A stretch of DNA of 64,000 nucleotides from a bacterium (GCA_963662285.2 CAXXMV010000002.1:672001-736000); one strand, 5' to 3'. Shown: positions 1 through 10,859, counted from the stretch's first letter. Notes: generated from the sequence alone by a model not told the origin. Numbers and translations are program-made.

Positions 1-1
1 C

Positions 2-844
2 GAGGATTTATGGACTAATGTTTTTGATGCAAATAACCATGTTCGACCTGATTTCGCTAAATATAAGATTCAACACATGCCGCTCTGGGTAACGCAATAT
101 TTCGGCTTCAACCTCACCAAACCGCCTTTTAAGGATAATAAAAACCTGCGCCAGGCGTTTAATTACTCTATCGACCGTGAGGCGATTATCAAATATGTCA
201 TTAATGGACGCGGCATCCCGGCTACAGGCGTGGTTCCTTCCGGCATTCCCGGATACGAGAGTGATGTTAAGGGGTATAGTTACGATCCTCAAAAAGCCAA
301 GCAACTTCTAGCCGATGCGGGGTATCCCAATGGCGAAGGTCTCGAAGAGATCACTTTGCAACTCAATAGCGGCGGAACGGTCAACGAGACAATCGCTGAA
401 GCCATCCAGGAGCAATTGCGTAAAATTGGCGTGACCATCAACTTACAAATAGTTGATTGGGCGCAGCATCTGGAAAGCATCGATAATAATCAGCCCCTAT
501 TCTACCGTTTAGGTTGGGTGGCCGATTATCCTGATCCGGAGAATTTTATTCAGCTGCTGTCGAGCAAGAATTTCCCGCCTAACGGCGCCAATTATTCACG
601 CTACTCCAATCCTGAATACGATAAGTTGTTTGATGAAGCCATGATGTCATCCGATGCAAAAAAGCAGGTCGAACTGTTCAAGCAAGCGGAAAAGATTGCC
701 GTTGAAGATGCTCCTTGGCTGTTTCTGTTCTATACGGTGCGTTATCGCATGATGCAGCCCTATGTTAATGATTTAGTCTATAATCCGCAGGAACTGATTT
801 TTCTGACTAAAGTATGGCTGGATGATATACCGGGGGAAAAATAA
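2..844 (+). CDS. Peptide/oligopeptide ABC transporter substrate-binding protein (family 5), 5'-truncated by window edge
   Basis: Frame is open from base 2 (EDLWTNVF...) into the 77..844 ORF. SBP_bac_5 motifs: PFKDNKNLRQAFNYSIDRE, YDPQKAKQLLADAGY, GWVADYPDPENF. Confidence 0.9.
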   Translation, partial: EDLWTNVFDANNHVRPDFAKYKIQHMPLWVTQYFGFNLTKPPFKDNKNLRQAFNYSIDREAIIKYVINGRGIPATGVVPSGIPGYESDVKGYSYDPQKAKQLLADAGYPNGEGLEEITLQLNSGGTVNETIAEAIQEQLRKIGVTINLQIVDWAQHLESIDNNQPLFYRLGWVADYPDPENFIQLLSSKNFPPNGANYSRYSNPEYDKLFDEAMMSSDAKKQVELFKQAEKIAVEDAPWLFLFYTVRYRMMQPYVNDLVYNPQELIFLTKVWLDDIPGEK

Positions 845-855
845 TTACAGAATCG

Positions 856-1602
856 ATGAACGAACCGTTTAATTCATGGAAATCATTTTATCGCAAAACG
901 TACGGCGGCCAGTGGCGGGCATTTGCTCAGTCATTGGCTAAGCAGCCGTATCATGTCCGTTATCAAAATACTTGCCTGGCGCCTTTGCAGAATGTCTCTG
1001 GCCGCATACTTGAGGTTGGCGTGGGGCGCGGCGACCTTTTATCGCAAATGCCCCATCAGTCTTGCGGACTGTATGGCTGCGACCTGTCTGAAGGTAATAT
1101 TGAAGGATGCGCTGAGCGATTCCATCAACTGCAACGCGAAGTGCATCTGTGTCATGCCGATGCGGAACAAATTCCCTATGGATCGAATAGTTTTGATGCG
1201 GTATACTCACTTAGCGTTATGTGGTATGTACCGGATTACCAAACGGCCATAAGTGAAATGTTTCGCGTGGTGAAACCGGGTGGACTGGTGTTATTCGATA
1301 TGCTCAACGTCTGGCACATAACATCAATATCCAATCATGTATGGCGCATGGCCTGCCGCCTATTCGGGCGGGAATTAGGTCATACCAGCCTGGCAAGCCC
1401 TTCATCTTTGCTGAATGCTATAAGACCTTATGCTTCTGAGTATAACCTATACGGCAACTACCTGCTTCTTCCCGCAGGGTTGCCTATGCTTAAAGAAGCA
1501 GGCAACCTGTGTCGTTTTGTTCCATCTCTGGCCTATGCCATGACGGAGAGTCCGTTTCGTGGATTGTCGCATAAATTATTGGTCGTGGCCCATAAGAAAT
1601 AG
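856..1602 (+). CDS. Class I SAM-dependent methyltransferase
   Basis: Motif I ILEVGVGRG, plus GCDLS, ADAEQIPYGSNSFDAV and RVVKPGG. Confidence 0.85.
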   Translation: MNEPFNSWKSFYRKTYGGQWRAFAQSLAKQPYHVRYQNTCLAPLQNVSGRILEVGVGRGDLLSQMPHQSCGLYGCDLSEGNIEGCAERFHQLQREVHLCHADAEQIPYGSNSFDAVYSLSVMWYVPDYQTAISEMFRVVKPGGLVLFDMLNVWHITSISNHVWRMACRLFGRELGHTSLASPSSLLNAIRPYASEYNLYGNYLLLPAGLPMLKEAGNLCRFVPSLAYAMTESPFRGLSHKLLVVAHKK

Positions 1603-1628
1603 GATACAGAAATTTCCGTTATTCTGGA

Positions 1629-2753
1629 TTGACCAATATGACATGTCGGATACTGTTCGTTACAACTGATTCTAAAATCTGCGGTACTGAGGGGATGATC
1701 CTGACCCTGCTGCGGAATTTGGACCGCAGCCGTTTTTCACCCGCTCTGGTGACGCTGAAGGGTCCGGGTGACCTGGTTGAAGCGGCGCGTGATATTGGCG
1801 TTGAAAGTTATAACCTTGGTCTATCCCGGCGCCGGTTATTATCAGGATTCAATTCCTTCCGGGCAATTGTTAAACAAATTCAACCAGATGTAATTCACTC
1901 CTTTCTTTTTCATTCCAATCTGCTTGCTCGATCTTCAAAACTATTCAATAGAAAAATATCAGTAATTTCCGGCATTCGCACCGTTTATACTGTGAAAGAT
2001 TATGGACGCCTTTACGCTATTCTGGAGCGATTGACTCATCCGCTGGACAAGTTTTATGTTGCCAACTCTCAGCATGGATTACAAAGCGTACTTGATAACA
2101 TGAAACTTCCTGAAAAAAAATTGCAAATGATTCATAATGGATTGGAACTCAATGAACCAGAGGTAACTGCTGTATCCATCAGAAAAGAGTTGGAGTTCGA
2201 GTTCGGTTTAGATGAGAAGGCCATAATCATCGGCATTGTAGCGCAGTTGAGACCTCCTAAACGGCATGATCTGTTAATCAGAGCCGTAGCCCGTTTGAAA
2301 GATCGCTATCCCCATGTCCGTTTGTTGATCATCGGTCAGGGAGATATTGAAATTGACCTTAAATCGCTGGCTATGGAAAAAGGTATAGAAGATCGCGTGA
2401 TTTTCACCGGATACCGCAGCGATGTGAGCCGTTTATTGTATGGGATGGATATCTTCGCCTTACCCTCTGAGGTGGAAGGTCAACCAGTATCGATTCTAGA
2501 AGCCATGAACGCCGGATTACCGGTTGCCGCTGCACGGGCTGGAGGTATACCTGAAGTTGTATCAGCAGGCAAAACCGGGCTGCTCTGTGAACCGGGATCA
2601 ATTGATGATCTATGCCAGATTTTAATACGGCTGTTGGAATCGTCCGATTTACGCCAACGTATGGGACATGCCGGTCAGGAGAGAGTAAAGCGTCTTTTTT
2701 CGGTCGAACGCATGACTAAAAAGTTCGAAGGACTTTATCAGCGCTGCATCTAG
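1629..2753 (+). CDS. Glycosyltransferase family 4 (GT-B)
   Basis: PSEVEGQPVSILEAM (EX7E) motif, GGIPEVV, N-terminal G-TE motif. Confidence 0.9.
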   Translation: MTNMTCRILFVTTDSKICGTEGMILTLLRNLDRSRFSPALVTLKGPGDLVEAARDIGVESYNLGLSRRRLLSGFNSFRAIVKQIQPDVIHSFLFHSNLLARSSKLFNRKISVISGIRTVYTVKDYGRLYAILERLTHPLDKFYVANSQHGLQSVLDNMKLPEKKLQMIHNGLELNEPEVTAVSIRKELEFEFGLDEKAIIIGIVAQLRPPKRHDLLIRAVARLKDRYPHVRLLIIGQGDIEIDLKSLAMEKGIEDRVIFTGYRSDVSRLLYGMDIFALPSEVEGQPVSILEAMNAGLPVAAARAGGIPEVVSAGKTGLLCEPGSIDDLCQILIRLLESSDLRQRMGHAGQERVKRLFSVERMTKKFEGLYQRCI

Positions 2754-2826
2754 CGCAGTTGTCAAAATCATGTTCGTTTCTTATCATCCCTTAGGAGTAA
2801 TTACATTGTTGTCACCAGGTGATAAT

Positions 2827-4290
2827 CTATATCCTTTTACGCTTGCTGGTAGGCAGGATTGACATTTTCTCGCGGTATTTGGCGACTGTTCGCCTTGCAA
2901 TATTAAGGTTGTAGTCACGGTGCAGCATTTCCGTTATTTTCTGATCAGACAGCGGTTTATGGATATCTTCTTCTTCAATCATATTGCGAATAATTTCCAT
3001 AACGCTTTTAGCCGCCATATCGTCACGACCAGTTGCATCCAATCCGGTTGAGAAGAAATACTTGAGTTCGAAAAGTCCACGCGAGGTTTGGACGTATTTC
3101 TTGTTTACCACGCGGCAGACGGTTGCTTCATGGATGCCCAGTTCGTCAGCGATATCGCGTAATTTCATTGGTTTCAGTGCAGTTATTCCTTCTTCCAGGA
3201 AATCTCTCTGCTTATCAACTATAGCCTTGGTTACACGATACAAGGTTCTGCGGCGTTGTTCGATATTCCTGATCAGCCAGATAGCGGATTGGAATTTCTT
3301 CTTTATAAATTCGAACTCATCTTCACTTATGCCGTTTTTATCATGCAGCATATCGCGATATTTGCGGCTGATTTTTAGAGGCGGAGAACCCTCATCATTG
3401 ACGCGCACCTGCCATTGCCCCTCGACTTTTTCAATAAATACATCAGGCGTGATGTATTCGACTGTCGCGGGTTTATATTGTCGCGCAGGGTGTGGGTCCA
3501 GGGTTCCGATAAAGTCGGCGATTTCCTGGACATGCATCTCCGAGACGCCTAACGCGCGGGCTATCTCTTTGAAACGTCTCCTCTCCAGCAGTTTTAGATG
3601 ATTACGAATAACCAGGATAATATCATCATCATCAATTTCATAATGCTGGCATTGGATTTCAAGGCATTCGGAAAGATTTCTGGCGCCCACTCCGGGTGGA
3701 TCGAATCCTTGGATAATTTTAAGTACCTTCTCTATTACTTCCGGTTCGACGCTGAAGGTGACCGCTGTATCCTCAATCTTCAAAGGGTAAAAGCCGTCTT
3801 CATCTAATTGGTCAAGAATATATTCGCCAATCTCATATTCTAATTCTCCATTAGTCGAGACGCCCAGTTGCCAGACCAGATGGTCTTTCAGTGACTCTTC
3901 TTTGACCATCTGGACGCCGTTTTCATCTTCATCTTCGGTCGAATATGATGATCCGCTGCCCACGAATCCCAAATCGCTGCTGTCTGAGAAATAATCAGCC
4001 CAATCGTTATCCAGTTCGATTTTGCCGACTTCCAGCATTTCTGGAGCATCTGCGGCAGGCTCAGGAGAAGATTCCTGTTCTTCCATGTTACGATCAGGTC
4101 GTTCAATAAACTCTTCTTCTTCCAACATGGGATTTTCGGCCAGCTCTTCCTGGAGCATTTCCGAGAGTTCCAACGTGGAAAGTTGCAACAGCTGGATAGA
4201 CTGCTGCATTTGCGGCGTCATTATAAGCCGCTGAGACATCTTCTGTTGGAGTTGGAGCCTTTGATCCATTAGGAAATTCGCCTTTATCAC
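2827..4290 (-). CDS. rpoN: RNA polymerase sigma-54 factor (true start probably the ATG of MDQRLQLQQ, ~4269)
   Basis: Gln/Leu-rich region I (MTPQMQQSIQLLQL), HEATVCR HTH, RpoN box ARRTVAKYRE. Confidence 0.97.
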   Translation of the reverse strand: MIKANFLMDQRLQLQQKMSQRLIMTPQMQQSIQLLQLSTLELSEMLQEELAENPMLEEEEFIERPDRNMEEQESSPEPAADAPEMLEVGKIELDNDWADYFSDSSDLGFVGSGSSYSTEDEDENGVQMVKEESLKDHLVWQLGVSTNGELEYEIGEYILDQLDEDGFYPLKIEDTAVTFSVEPEVIEKVLKIIQGFDPPGVGARNLSECLEIQCQHYEIDDDDIILVIRNHLKLLERRRFKEIARALGVSEMHVQEIADFIGTLDPHPARQYKPATVEYITPDVFIEKVEGQWQVRVNDEGSPPLKISRKYRDMLHDKNGISEDEFEFIKKKFQSAIWLIRNIEQRRRTLYRVTKAIVDKQRDFLEEGITALKPMKLRDIADELGIHEATVCRVVNKKYVQTSRGLFELKYFFSTGLDATGRDDMAAKSVMEIIRNMIEEEDIHKPLSDQKITEMLHRDYNLNIARRTVAKYREKMSILPTSKRKRI

Positions 4291-4381
4291 AACCCTATAA
4301 TAGATAATAACAAAGCAATTAACATCTATAATTCAGACATAATTGCTAGTAATAACCGATCTGGAATTCTAGTTTCTCTTA

Positions 4382-4411
4382 ATTATACATGAAAAAAAAA
4401 TTCCATGCCAA
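4382..4411 (-). promoter_or_regulatory. Putative sigma70 promoter of rpoN (TTGGCA-18-TATAAT)
   Basis: Minus strand reads TTGGCA, 18-bp spacer, TATAAT, about 100 bp upstream of rpoN. Confidence 0.5.
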
Positions 4412-4771
4412 AAATAACATTACCCGGATCATATGTCAACGCGAATACATATACTAAACCCAGTTAGTTGCAGAGTAACCTATTAATAATCAGTTACCTA
4501 AGTCAATAAATACTATTTTGGATAAAAAGACGTTTTTTTTCAATATTGCAGCATTTTTCTCACTTTTTCTACCTGATAGGATTTTGGATAGAATTGTCTT
4601 CATTTTTACATTGATTTATTCGTTTCAAAAAAGGGCAAAAACTCAACCATTTATAAATGTCAAACGCGATTTAAATACGAAAGCATTTCGATAATATCTC
4701 TGGAATAATAAAAATATATTAATGCAGATATTTCACATTGCTAAGACATTGTAAAATATAGATATAGGTCT

Positions 4772-4809
4772 TTTTGTTGGAAATAAGATATTTTGTTGGA
4801 AATAAGATA
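4772..4809. repeat. Perfect 19-bp tandem duplication (ttttgttggaaataagata x2)
   Basis: Copies at 4772-4790 and 4791-4809. Confidence 0.9.
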
Positions 4810-4839
4810 TATAGCGCAATCGTGATTCAGGCAGTCGGC

Positions 4840-6762
4840 CTAATCCAATTGCTCCATCTTATCTTCCATCAGGGTGATCAAGAGGGCTGATTGGCGCACA
4901 AAGGCGTCGAGGATTCTGGCGTGGTTATGTAATTTCTCAGAGATTATTTTCTTCTGATCTTTTTGGATTTGCGTTCTCCAGCGGCTGTCTTCGAATTCAA
5001 AATGAGTCTCTTGCAGCAACTCATTGAGCAACTCAATGGCTTGTTGGTGGTCTTTGGTGCAGCTGGATACGGCTTCTTCCAGTTTTTTAAGCAATGATTT
5101 TTGCTGTTCGTTAGTCAGCGATAGTTCCGGATCAGGTGGAATGTAATCCAGCGCTCTCCTGGCCTGTTCAGAGAATAGTTGCAATTGTTCTATAACTTTC
5201 ACCATAGATCTACGCAGGTCTATAACATCTGCTTGAGGGTGGAAGGATTGATGTATGACATTCAAATGACCGGAAATATTGATTTCATCCTCGGGCAATT
5301 CATCCATAATCGATTCAATCCGGGAGGTGATCGTTCCATTGATCATGGCGCCGGCGCTGATATTAAATACCGTGATATTCTTGAATCGGGTGATTTCATG
5401 CTCCAGCAGTTTTCTGTATAAATGAAGCGTTTCGCTTGTACTCACTGAACCTCCATTAACTGAAGGTATTTCATGGGTTGCTTGATCATCGCGGTGCAGT
5501 TTTTTATCATCGAAGATGGTTCCATTAGCATAGGTTTTTTGATCTGTAAAAGCCAAATCCTGCCCGGCGAGGATGATCGGTTTGCATCCCAGGCGCGCCA
5601 AAATATGAAATCCGGCGACTGCCACGCTTCCCGGCCCGAATATATCTCCTTTGTTGCCAGCCAGTTTTTGCAGCCACTGATAAACCGCGTTGCCGCTCAT
5701 CTTGGGTACTGGGATTTGATCAAGCGGCGCAGGCTCCCCTGTTTTCTCGGTAGTTGATAACCAGGAAGCCAGGAAGACTCTGGGCTTAAAGTGGTTGATG
5801 ATTCCTGCATTAATCCGTGGATCTGCGATGAGGAATGTCTCCGGTGATGGTGATTCTTTATCGAACGAACGCAGATTGCGTTCATTATGATCCATGGCGA
5901 AGACTATATGTGGACGAATACCATACTTACGTAGAATTGGATAAGCAGTGTTAACGCAAGTGATGAGGACCTTGTTCTGGATGGCTTTCATCGAATTAAT
6001 CGACTTTTCCAGCGACGGCCCGGCCGCGGCCAGAATAGCAGGAACATTTTCCAGATGATGAAACAAGGTCGAAACGCCGGGGTAATCCAGAATCGGCTCA
6101 ACATTGGATAGGGTATTGATAACCACAGTCTCTCCATGCGATATTCGTGAGCGTCGATACATCAACTCACGTTGCAGGGCGTCACGCCAGGCCGTAGAAA
6201 ACTGTTGAGGAAAAGCAGGGTGCATGCGACGAATAAAGCCGGTGGATATTATTTTATTAGATAGATTAAGAAAACGCGGCCATTGCAATTCTGAACCGAT
6301 GCTCTCCACCGATTTTTCCACGCTCTGACCGACATAAAAATGAATCTGTTTGTTTTTTAATAAGTCTGAAATATCGACATATTGGATTGCGGTAAAAAAC
6401 TGAAAAGGATCAGGTTCAATAATTGCGATAACCGTATCTGGAGGCATTACTGATATTAAGCGCTTGGCTTCGTAACCTAAACCAAAACCCAGCAACAGCA
6501 CTGCATGAGGCGACTGCTTCTTTAATTCGGTATTATCAAGCCATTTTTCCAGTTCTTCTTCAGGATTGCCGGTCACAAAAAGCGAAGCTAACCCTCCGTT
6601 AGAGGATTTCAGCGAAATATTTGCGAACCCCGGCTTCAATTCGTTGGCGCAATATAGCCGATTCGAAATTTTAGGCATTAAACCTTCGATGGCTTTTGCC
6701 TGTTCCGGGTTCAGGATTCTTAAAGATTCTAAATTTTTATTATAAAACGGGCCGCAAACCAT
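4840..6762 (-). CDS. Motility-associated factor (Maf/DUF115) family putative flagellin glycosyltransferase
   Basis: LGFGLGYE N-terminal Rossmann-like motif, AAGPSL, PHIVFAMD, GCKPIILAGQDLAF; size typical of Maf proteins. Confidence 0.8.
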   Translation of the reverse strand: MVCGPFYNKNLESLRILNPEQAKAIEGLMPKISNRLYCANELKPGFANISLKSSNGGLASLFVTGNPEEELEKWLDNTELKKQSPHAVLLLGFGLGYEAKRLISVMPPDTVIAIIEPDPFQFFTAIQYVDISDLLKNKQIHFYVGQSVEKSVESIGSELQWPRFLNLSNKIISTGFIRRMHPAFPQQFSTAWRDALQRELMYRRSRISHGETVVINTLSNVEPILDYPGVSTLFHHLENVPAILAAAGPSLEKSINSMKAIQNKVLITCVNTAYPILRKYGIRPHIVFAMDHNERNLRSFDKESPSPETFLIADPRINAGIINHFKPRVFLASWLSTTEKTGEPAPLDQIPVPKMSGNAVYQWLQKLAGNKGDIFGPGSVAVAGFHILARLGCKPIILAGQDLAFTDQKTYANGTIFDDKKLHRDDQATHEIPSVNGGSVSTSETLHLYRKLLEHEITRFKNITVFNISAGAMINGTITSRIESIMDELPEDEINISGHLNVIHQSFHPQADVIDLRRSMVKVIEQLQLFSEQARRALDYIPPDPELSLTNEQQKSLLKKLEEAVSSCTKDHQQAIELLNELLQETHFEFEDSRWRTQIQKDQKKIISEKLHNHARILDAFVRQSALLITLMEDKMEQLD

Positions 6763-6926
6763 AGCGCCGTCCCTTTATCTGGATCAAGAGTATATACGAT
6801 TAAACAAATCAAATGCTTTTATATATATATAAATATCCGCAAACCACTATAATCATCCAAATTATAGAAACTGAAAGCCTTTTTGTCGATTATCCCGTCA
6901 ATTAAGATTCACAAAAGAATCATGAA

Positions 6927-8201
6927 TTATTGCTTTACAGGAAGATAAGCCAAATTCCTTGGTTCTTTTATTTTGAATAAAGCAATCAATAAAACGATTA
7001 TGCCAAAGAATGCCGAACAGAGAAAGATGCCTGAATAGTCTATATATAAAATCAGCCAACCAGCTAACATGCCGGATAGGTACAATGGGGCTAGAAAAGA
7101 AAAACTTATAGCGTAATAAGTCGGTCTATTTCTGGCGGCGCCGTATTCCAGCGCCATGCTGATGAAGGTAATGGTATGCATGGTTCGGTTGGCGCCAAGT
7201 AATAAAAATATCATACCAAACACAACGGGATTGGGCGCTAATATTGCCAGCAGCGATTGCAGGATCACTACTATACCAAAAAGGATGACATTCAGGCGCT
7301 GACCCCATTTATCCACTAAATAACCTATGAAATAAGATGAAATAAACTGACCGCACATATAGGTGCTGGTAAATGCTCCCGCCGCCGATGATGAGAGATT
7401 AAACTTCTTTACGCCATAGACTGCGAAGAATCCGAATGACATAAGCGATATCAGCATAAGCGCTTTAAGGATCAGAAACCAACGGAAATTACTATCGCGT
7501 ACGATGATCCGGGGTATTTTTCTGAAATAATAATTCTTCAAATTAGGCTTGGGCAGCCGGGGGCGTTTTGGCTCGCGTATTAAAGCCAGGCAGACTAAAG
7601 AAAATTGCATGAAAATAAATGCAATAAAAAAAAGGATTGAAAAATTAACGGGAAAACTGAAGGTTTTAAGGATGTAAGCAACCACAAAACCGGCCCCGAT
7701 ACCGACTATACCGGTAAAACCCTGCCGTAAGGCGAATAAACGGCCCATCAGGCGCCGGGGTATGGTAGTGGCGACATAATCACCCCATCCCGGACCAATG
7801 GCGCCAGCCGCCAGAAAAAACGCTGAAATTAATCCTAAAACAATATATACATATTTCCCATCATCCTTGATATCCGTAAAAAATAATAATAACGCAATCA
7901 TCAACCAGAAGAGGCGCATTATGAATCCGATTGATACCACCATTGGTTTAAGGCGACGCAGGGGTTGAATGAATGGCGCTGTGAAAATTTGGGGAATAGC
8001 GGCTCCCAATTCGGTTAAAGCAAAGACGCAGCCTATGGCGATTTCACTGCCCCCCAATTTATATATCAACACCGAAAGAACGATTTCAACAGAGGTAAAC
8101 GCAATGCCGCCCATAATAAAAACGCCGTCTAACAGGTGAAATGTAAAATTTCTGGCGGTATGATTATTGGCTGCGTCTTGAGTGATTGGAGTGCTCGACA
8201 T
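6927..8201 (-). CDS. MFS transporter
   Basis: About 12 hydrophobic segments; loop motifs GYLVDKWGQR and IPRRLMGRLFA. Confidence 0.85.
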   Translation of the reverse strand: MSSTPITQDAANNHTARNFTFHLLDGVFIMGGIAFTSVEIVLSVLIYKLGGSEIAIGCVFALTELGAAIPQIFTAPFIQPLRRLKPMVVSIGFIMRLFWLMIALLLFFTDIKDDGKYVYIVLGLISAFFLAAGAIGPGWGDYVATTIPRRLMGRLFALRQGFTGIVGIGAGFVVAYILKTFSFPVNFSILFFIAFIFMQFSLVCLALIREPKRPRLPKPNLKNYYFRKIPRIIVRDSNFRWFLILKALMLISLMSFGFFAVYGVKKFNLSSSAAGAFTSTYMCGQFISSYFIGYLVDKWGQRLNVILFGIVVILQSLLAILAPNPVVFGMIFLLLGANRTMHTITFISMALEYGAARNRPTYYAISFSFLAPLYLSGMLAGWLILYIDYSGIFLCSAFFGIIVLLIALFKIKEPRNLAYLPVKQ

Positions 8202-8390
8202 AATTCCTTGAGTATTACATTAACTAGAGCGATTATCAAAATTATGTTAGTTTATTATCACATACAGTCTTCGAAAAAGAAAATCTTTTTGGCTTTTTCG
8301 AATCGCCAATCAGAACATTATTATGAAAACTACTCTAAAGCAGGCGTTGATAATGATTCCGCTGATTATTACCGTATCTCTATAACAAAC

Positions 8391-8416
8391 AAAGGGCGAC
8401 CATGCAGCCGCCCTTT
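8391..8416. terminator. Hairpin, putative terminator downstream of 8442..9320
   Basis: aaagggcg...cgcccttt inverted repeat. Confidence 0.45.
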
Positions 8417-8441
8417 GATAATTTGTTTTGTCATTAATACC

Positions 8442-9320
8442 TTACGCCTGGAAGCGTTTGAGTAATTTAACGCAGGCTTTTATGCCGTCAAACTCGCTTA
8501 AACGCGATCCCTCATATTCCACGCCGACGTATCCGTGATATCCGGCGTCCAAGACTATTTTCATCATCCGGGCGAAATCAATTTTAGTTTCATTGCCATC
8601 TTCACCGAAATCATAGCATTTGGCGCTGACCGCTTTTGCGTATTTCATCAACGCTTCGACGGCGTCATACTTGTTGATTTCTTCAGGGAAATTGCCAAAA
8701 TCGGGTAATGTCCCGAAATTATCCACGCCAACTTTATCCATTAGACCACAGAGCCACTTGGGGTCGGATGAATATCCACCGTGGTTTTCGATGATGACGT
8801 TCATGCCGTATTGACGCCCATAAGTCGATAATTCATTGAAACTATCGGCGGCGTATTTCATCGCTTCACTGGGATCATCCTGATGGCCTGAGTTGCATCG
8901 GATGGAATGACAGCCCAGGACCGCGCCGATATCAAGCCATTTTTTATGATTAATCACGGCTTGAGTGCGCTCCTTGTGATTATCGGAACTCATATTGCCT
9001 TCATCATCACACATGATCAGCAAAATCTTGATGCCTTCATTTTCGGCGGTTTTTATCAGATTATTGAGATAACTATACTGCGGCGAGGGGAAGAAAGCGT
9101 TAACCAGTTCCAATCCAGTTGCGCCCGCTTCACGCGCCAGGCGAGGTTGATCAATCTGTTTTACTTCTCCAGCGAACAGCATTTTATGCCAAGACCATGC
9201 CGCGATGGATATATCAAATTTACCTTTTACCATCGTTTCACTCCCTCTCGCGATATTAGTTAGAGCGCCCACTGCCAGCAGGGCGCTTCCGGTTGTTTTT
9301 ATAAACTCTCTTCTTTGCAT
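8442..9320 (-). CDS. Tat-exported sugar phosphate isomerase/epimerase (xylose isomerase-like TIM barrel)
   Basis: RREFIK twin-arginine signal; IENHGG, LPDFGNF and GVEYEG motifs. Confidence 0.85.
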   Translation of the reverse strand: MQRREFIKTTGSALLAVGALTNIARGSETMVKGKFDISIAAWSWHKMLFAGEVKQIDQPRLAREAGATGLELVNAFFPSPQYSYLNNLIKTAENEGIKILLIMCDDEGNMSSDNHKERTQAVINHKKWLDIGAVLGCHSIRCNSGHQDDPSEAMKYAADSFNELSTYGRQYGMNVIIENHGGYSSDPKWLCGLMDKVGVDNFGTLPDFGNFPEEINKYDAVEALMKYAKAVSAKCYDFGEDGNETKIDFARMMKIVLDAGYHGYVGVEYEGSRLSEFDGIKACVKLLKRFQA

Positions 9321-9389
9321 GATTTTCCTCTTTTGAAACGTAGCATTCTATGCATTGTACAAACATTATCTCTAAATAAGTAGTAATGC

Positions 9390-10847
9390 TTAATCAGTGT
9401 AAACCAGTTCAGGCTTCCTGGCTGCCGTCACTTCATCCAACCGGCGCACAGGAGTCTGATGGGGAGCATGAAGGACATGATCCGGATTGGTTTTATATTC
9501 TTCCAGGATTTCTTTTATTGCATCCACGAATTCATCCAGGGTGCGCTTCGATTCCGTTTCAGTAGGCTCAATCATCATGGCTTCCTTAACAATCAGCGGG
9601 AAATAGACCGTCGGCGCATGGAAGCCCCGGTCAAGCAGATTCTTGGCAATAGCCATTGTGTTTAAATCCCCGAAACGATCATGATCTTTAAGCGTCAGTA
9701 CAAACTCATGCATACAATCGCCATCCAACTCAGGGGGAATATAATCTTTCAATTGTTCCAGCATATAGCGTGCATTCAATACAGCGTTATAACTGTTGCT
9801 GCGGATGCCTTCCAAGCCCAGCATTCGCATGTAGACATAAGCGCGAAGCACAACGCCTACATTACCGAAAAAGGTTGATAGTTGTCCGATGCTTTTCTCT
9901 GATTGGCGCGTAATGGTATAGGTTCCATCTTCCTTGCTGATGATTGGAACGGGAAGATATGGCAGCAATTTCTGACAAACGCCTACCGGCCCGCTTCCCG
10001 GACCGCCGCCGCCGTGAGGCGTGGCGAATGTTTTATGCAGATTGAAATGCACTACGTTGAATCCCATATCTCCGGGACGCGCTATGCCCGCGATGGCGTT
10101 GAGGTTGGCGCCATCATAATAGAGTAAGGCCCCTGCTTCATGCGCCAGCCTTTGAATTTCCAGGATATTCTTTTCAAACAGACCGAGCGTATTTGGATTG
10201 GTTAACATCACTGCGGCTACATCTTTATTCAGATGATTCTTAAGTTGCTCAATATCGACGCAGCCATCCGGTCCGGATTTCAACTCTACTGTCTGGTATC
10301 CCACCATTGAGGCCGAAGCCGGATTGGTGCCATGAGATGAATCCGGCGCCAGTACAATAGAGCGCTTGTCGCCCCGGTCGTCATGATAAGCCTTAATCAG
10401 CATCATGCCGCACATCTCGCCATGAGCTCCGGCGCAGGGATTGAGCGTTACTCCAGCCATACCGGTCAAGTCAGCCAGATACTGCTGGATTTCCACCATA
10501 ATGCGCAATGTTCCCTGAGAGACATCTTGCCCGGATTCGGGGTGAAGACCTGTGAATCCCGACAGCTGGGAAAGCGCATCGTTTATCTTTGGATTGTACT
10601 TCATAGTACACGAGCCAAGTGGGTAGAAGCCGCTGTCGATACTGAAATTCTTACGCGACAAACGGGTGAAATGACGCACCACTTCCGGCTCGCTGACTAC
10701 GGGGAAATCAAGTGGAGCGCTGCGCAGCGCCTCATCGGGCAAGAGTTCATCAATTGGTGACGTCCCTTCTGGTTCAGAAAACCAGATGCGCCCCTCGCCT
10801 TTATGATCCAATTCAAATACTGTCGGTTCGTATGCATCCAGTGGCAT
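9390..10847 (-). CDS. gcvPB: Glycine dehydrogenase (decarboxylating) subunit 2
   Basis: PLGSCTMKYNP, HGTNPASA, NLHKTFATPHGGGGPG (PLP lysine), EPTETES. Confidence 0.97.
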   Translation of the reverse strand: MPLDAYEPTVFELDHKGEGRIWFSEPEGTSPIDELLPDEALRSAPLDFPVVSEPEVVRHFTRLSRKNFSIDSGFYPLGSCTMKYNPKINDALSQLSGFTGLHPESGQDVSQGTLRIMVEIQQYLADLTGMAGVTLNPCAGAHGEMCGMMLIKAYHDDRGDKRSIVLAPDSSHGTNPASASMVGYQTVELKSGPDGCVDIEQLKNHLNKDVAAVMLTNPNTLGLFEKNILEIQRLAHEAGALLYYDGANLNAIAGIARPGDMGFNVVHFNLHKTFATPHGGGGPGSGPVGVCQKLLPYLPVPIISKEDGTYTITRQSEKSIGQLSTFFGNVGVVLRAYVYMRMLGLEGIRSNSYNAVLNARYMLEQLKDYIPPELDGDCMHEFVLTLKDHDRFGDLNTMAIAKNLLDRGFHAPTVYFPLIVKEAMMIEPTETESKRTLDEFVDAIKEILEEYKTNPDHVLHAPHQTPVRRLDEVTAARKPELVYTD

Positions 10848-10859
10848 GGCGTTAATCCT

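Noticed and set aside
2984-3601. 205-aa plus-strand ORF and similar shadow ORFs opposite gcv, suf and flagellin genes
   Set aside because: Antisense shadows of well-supported genes.
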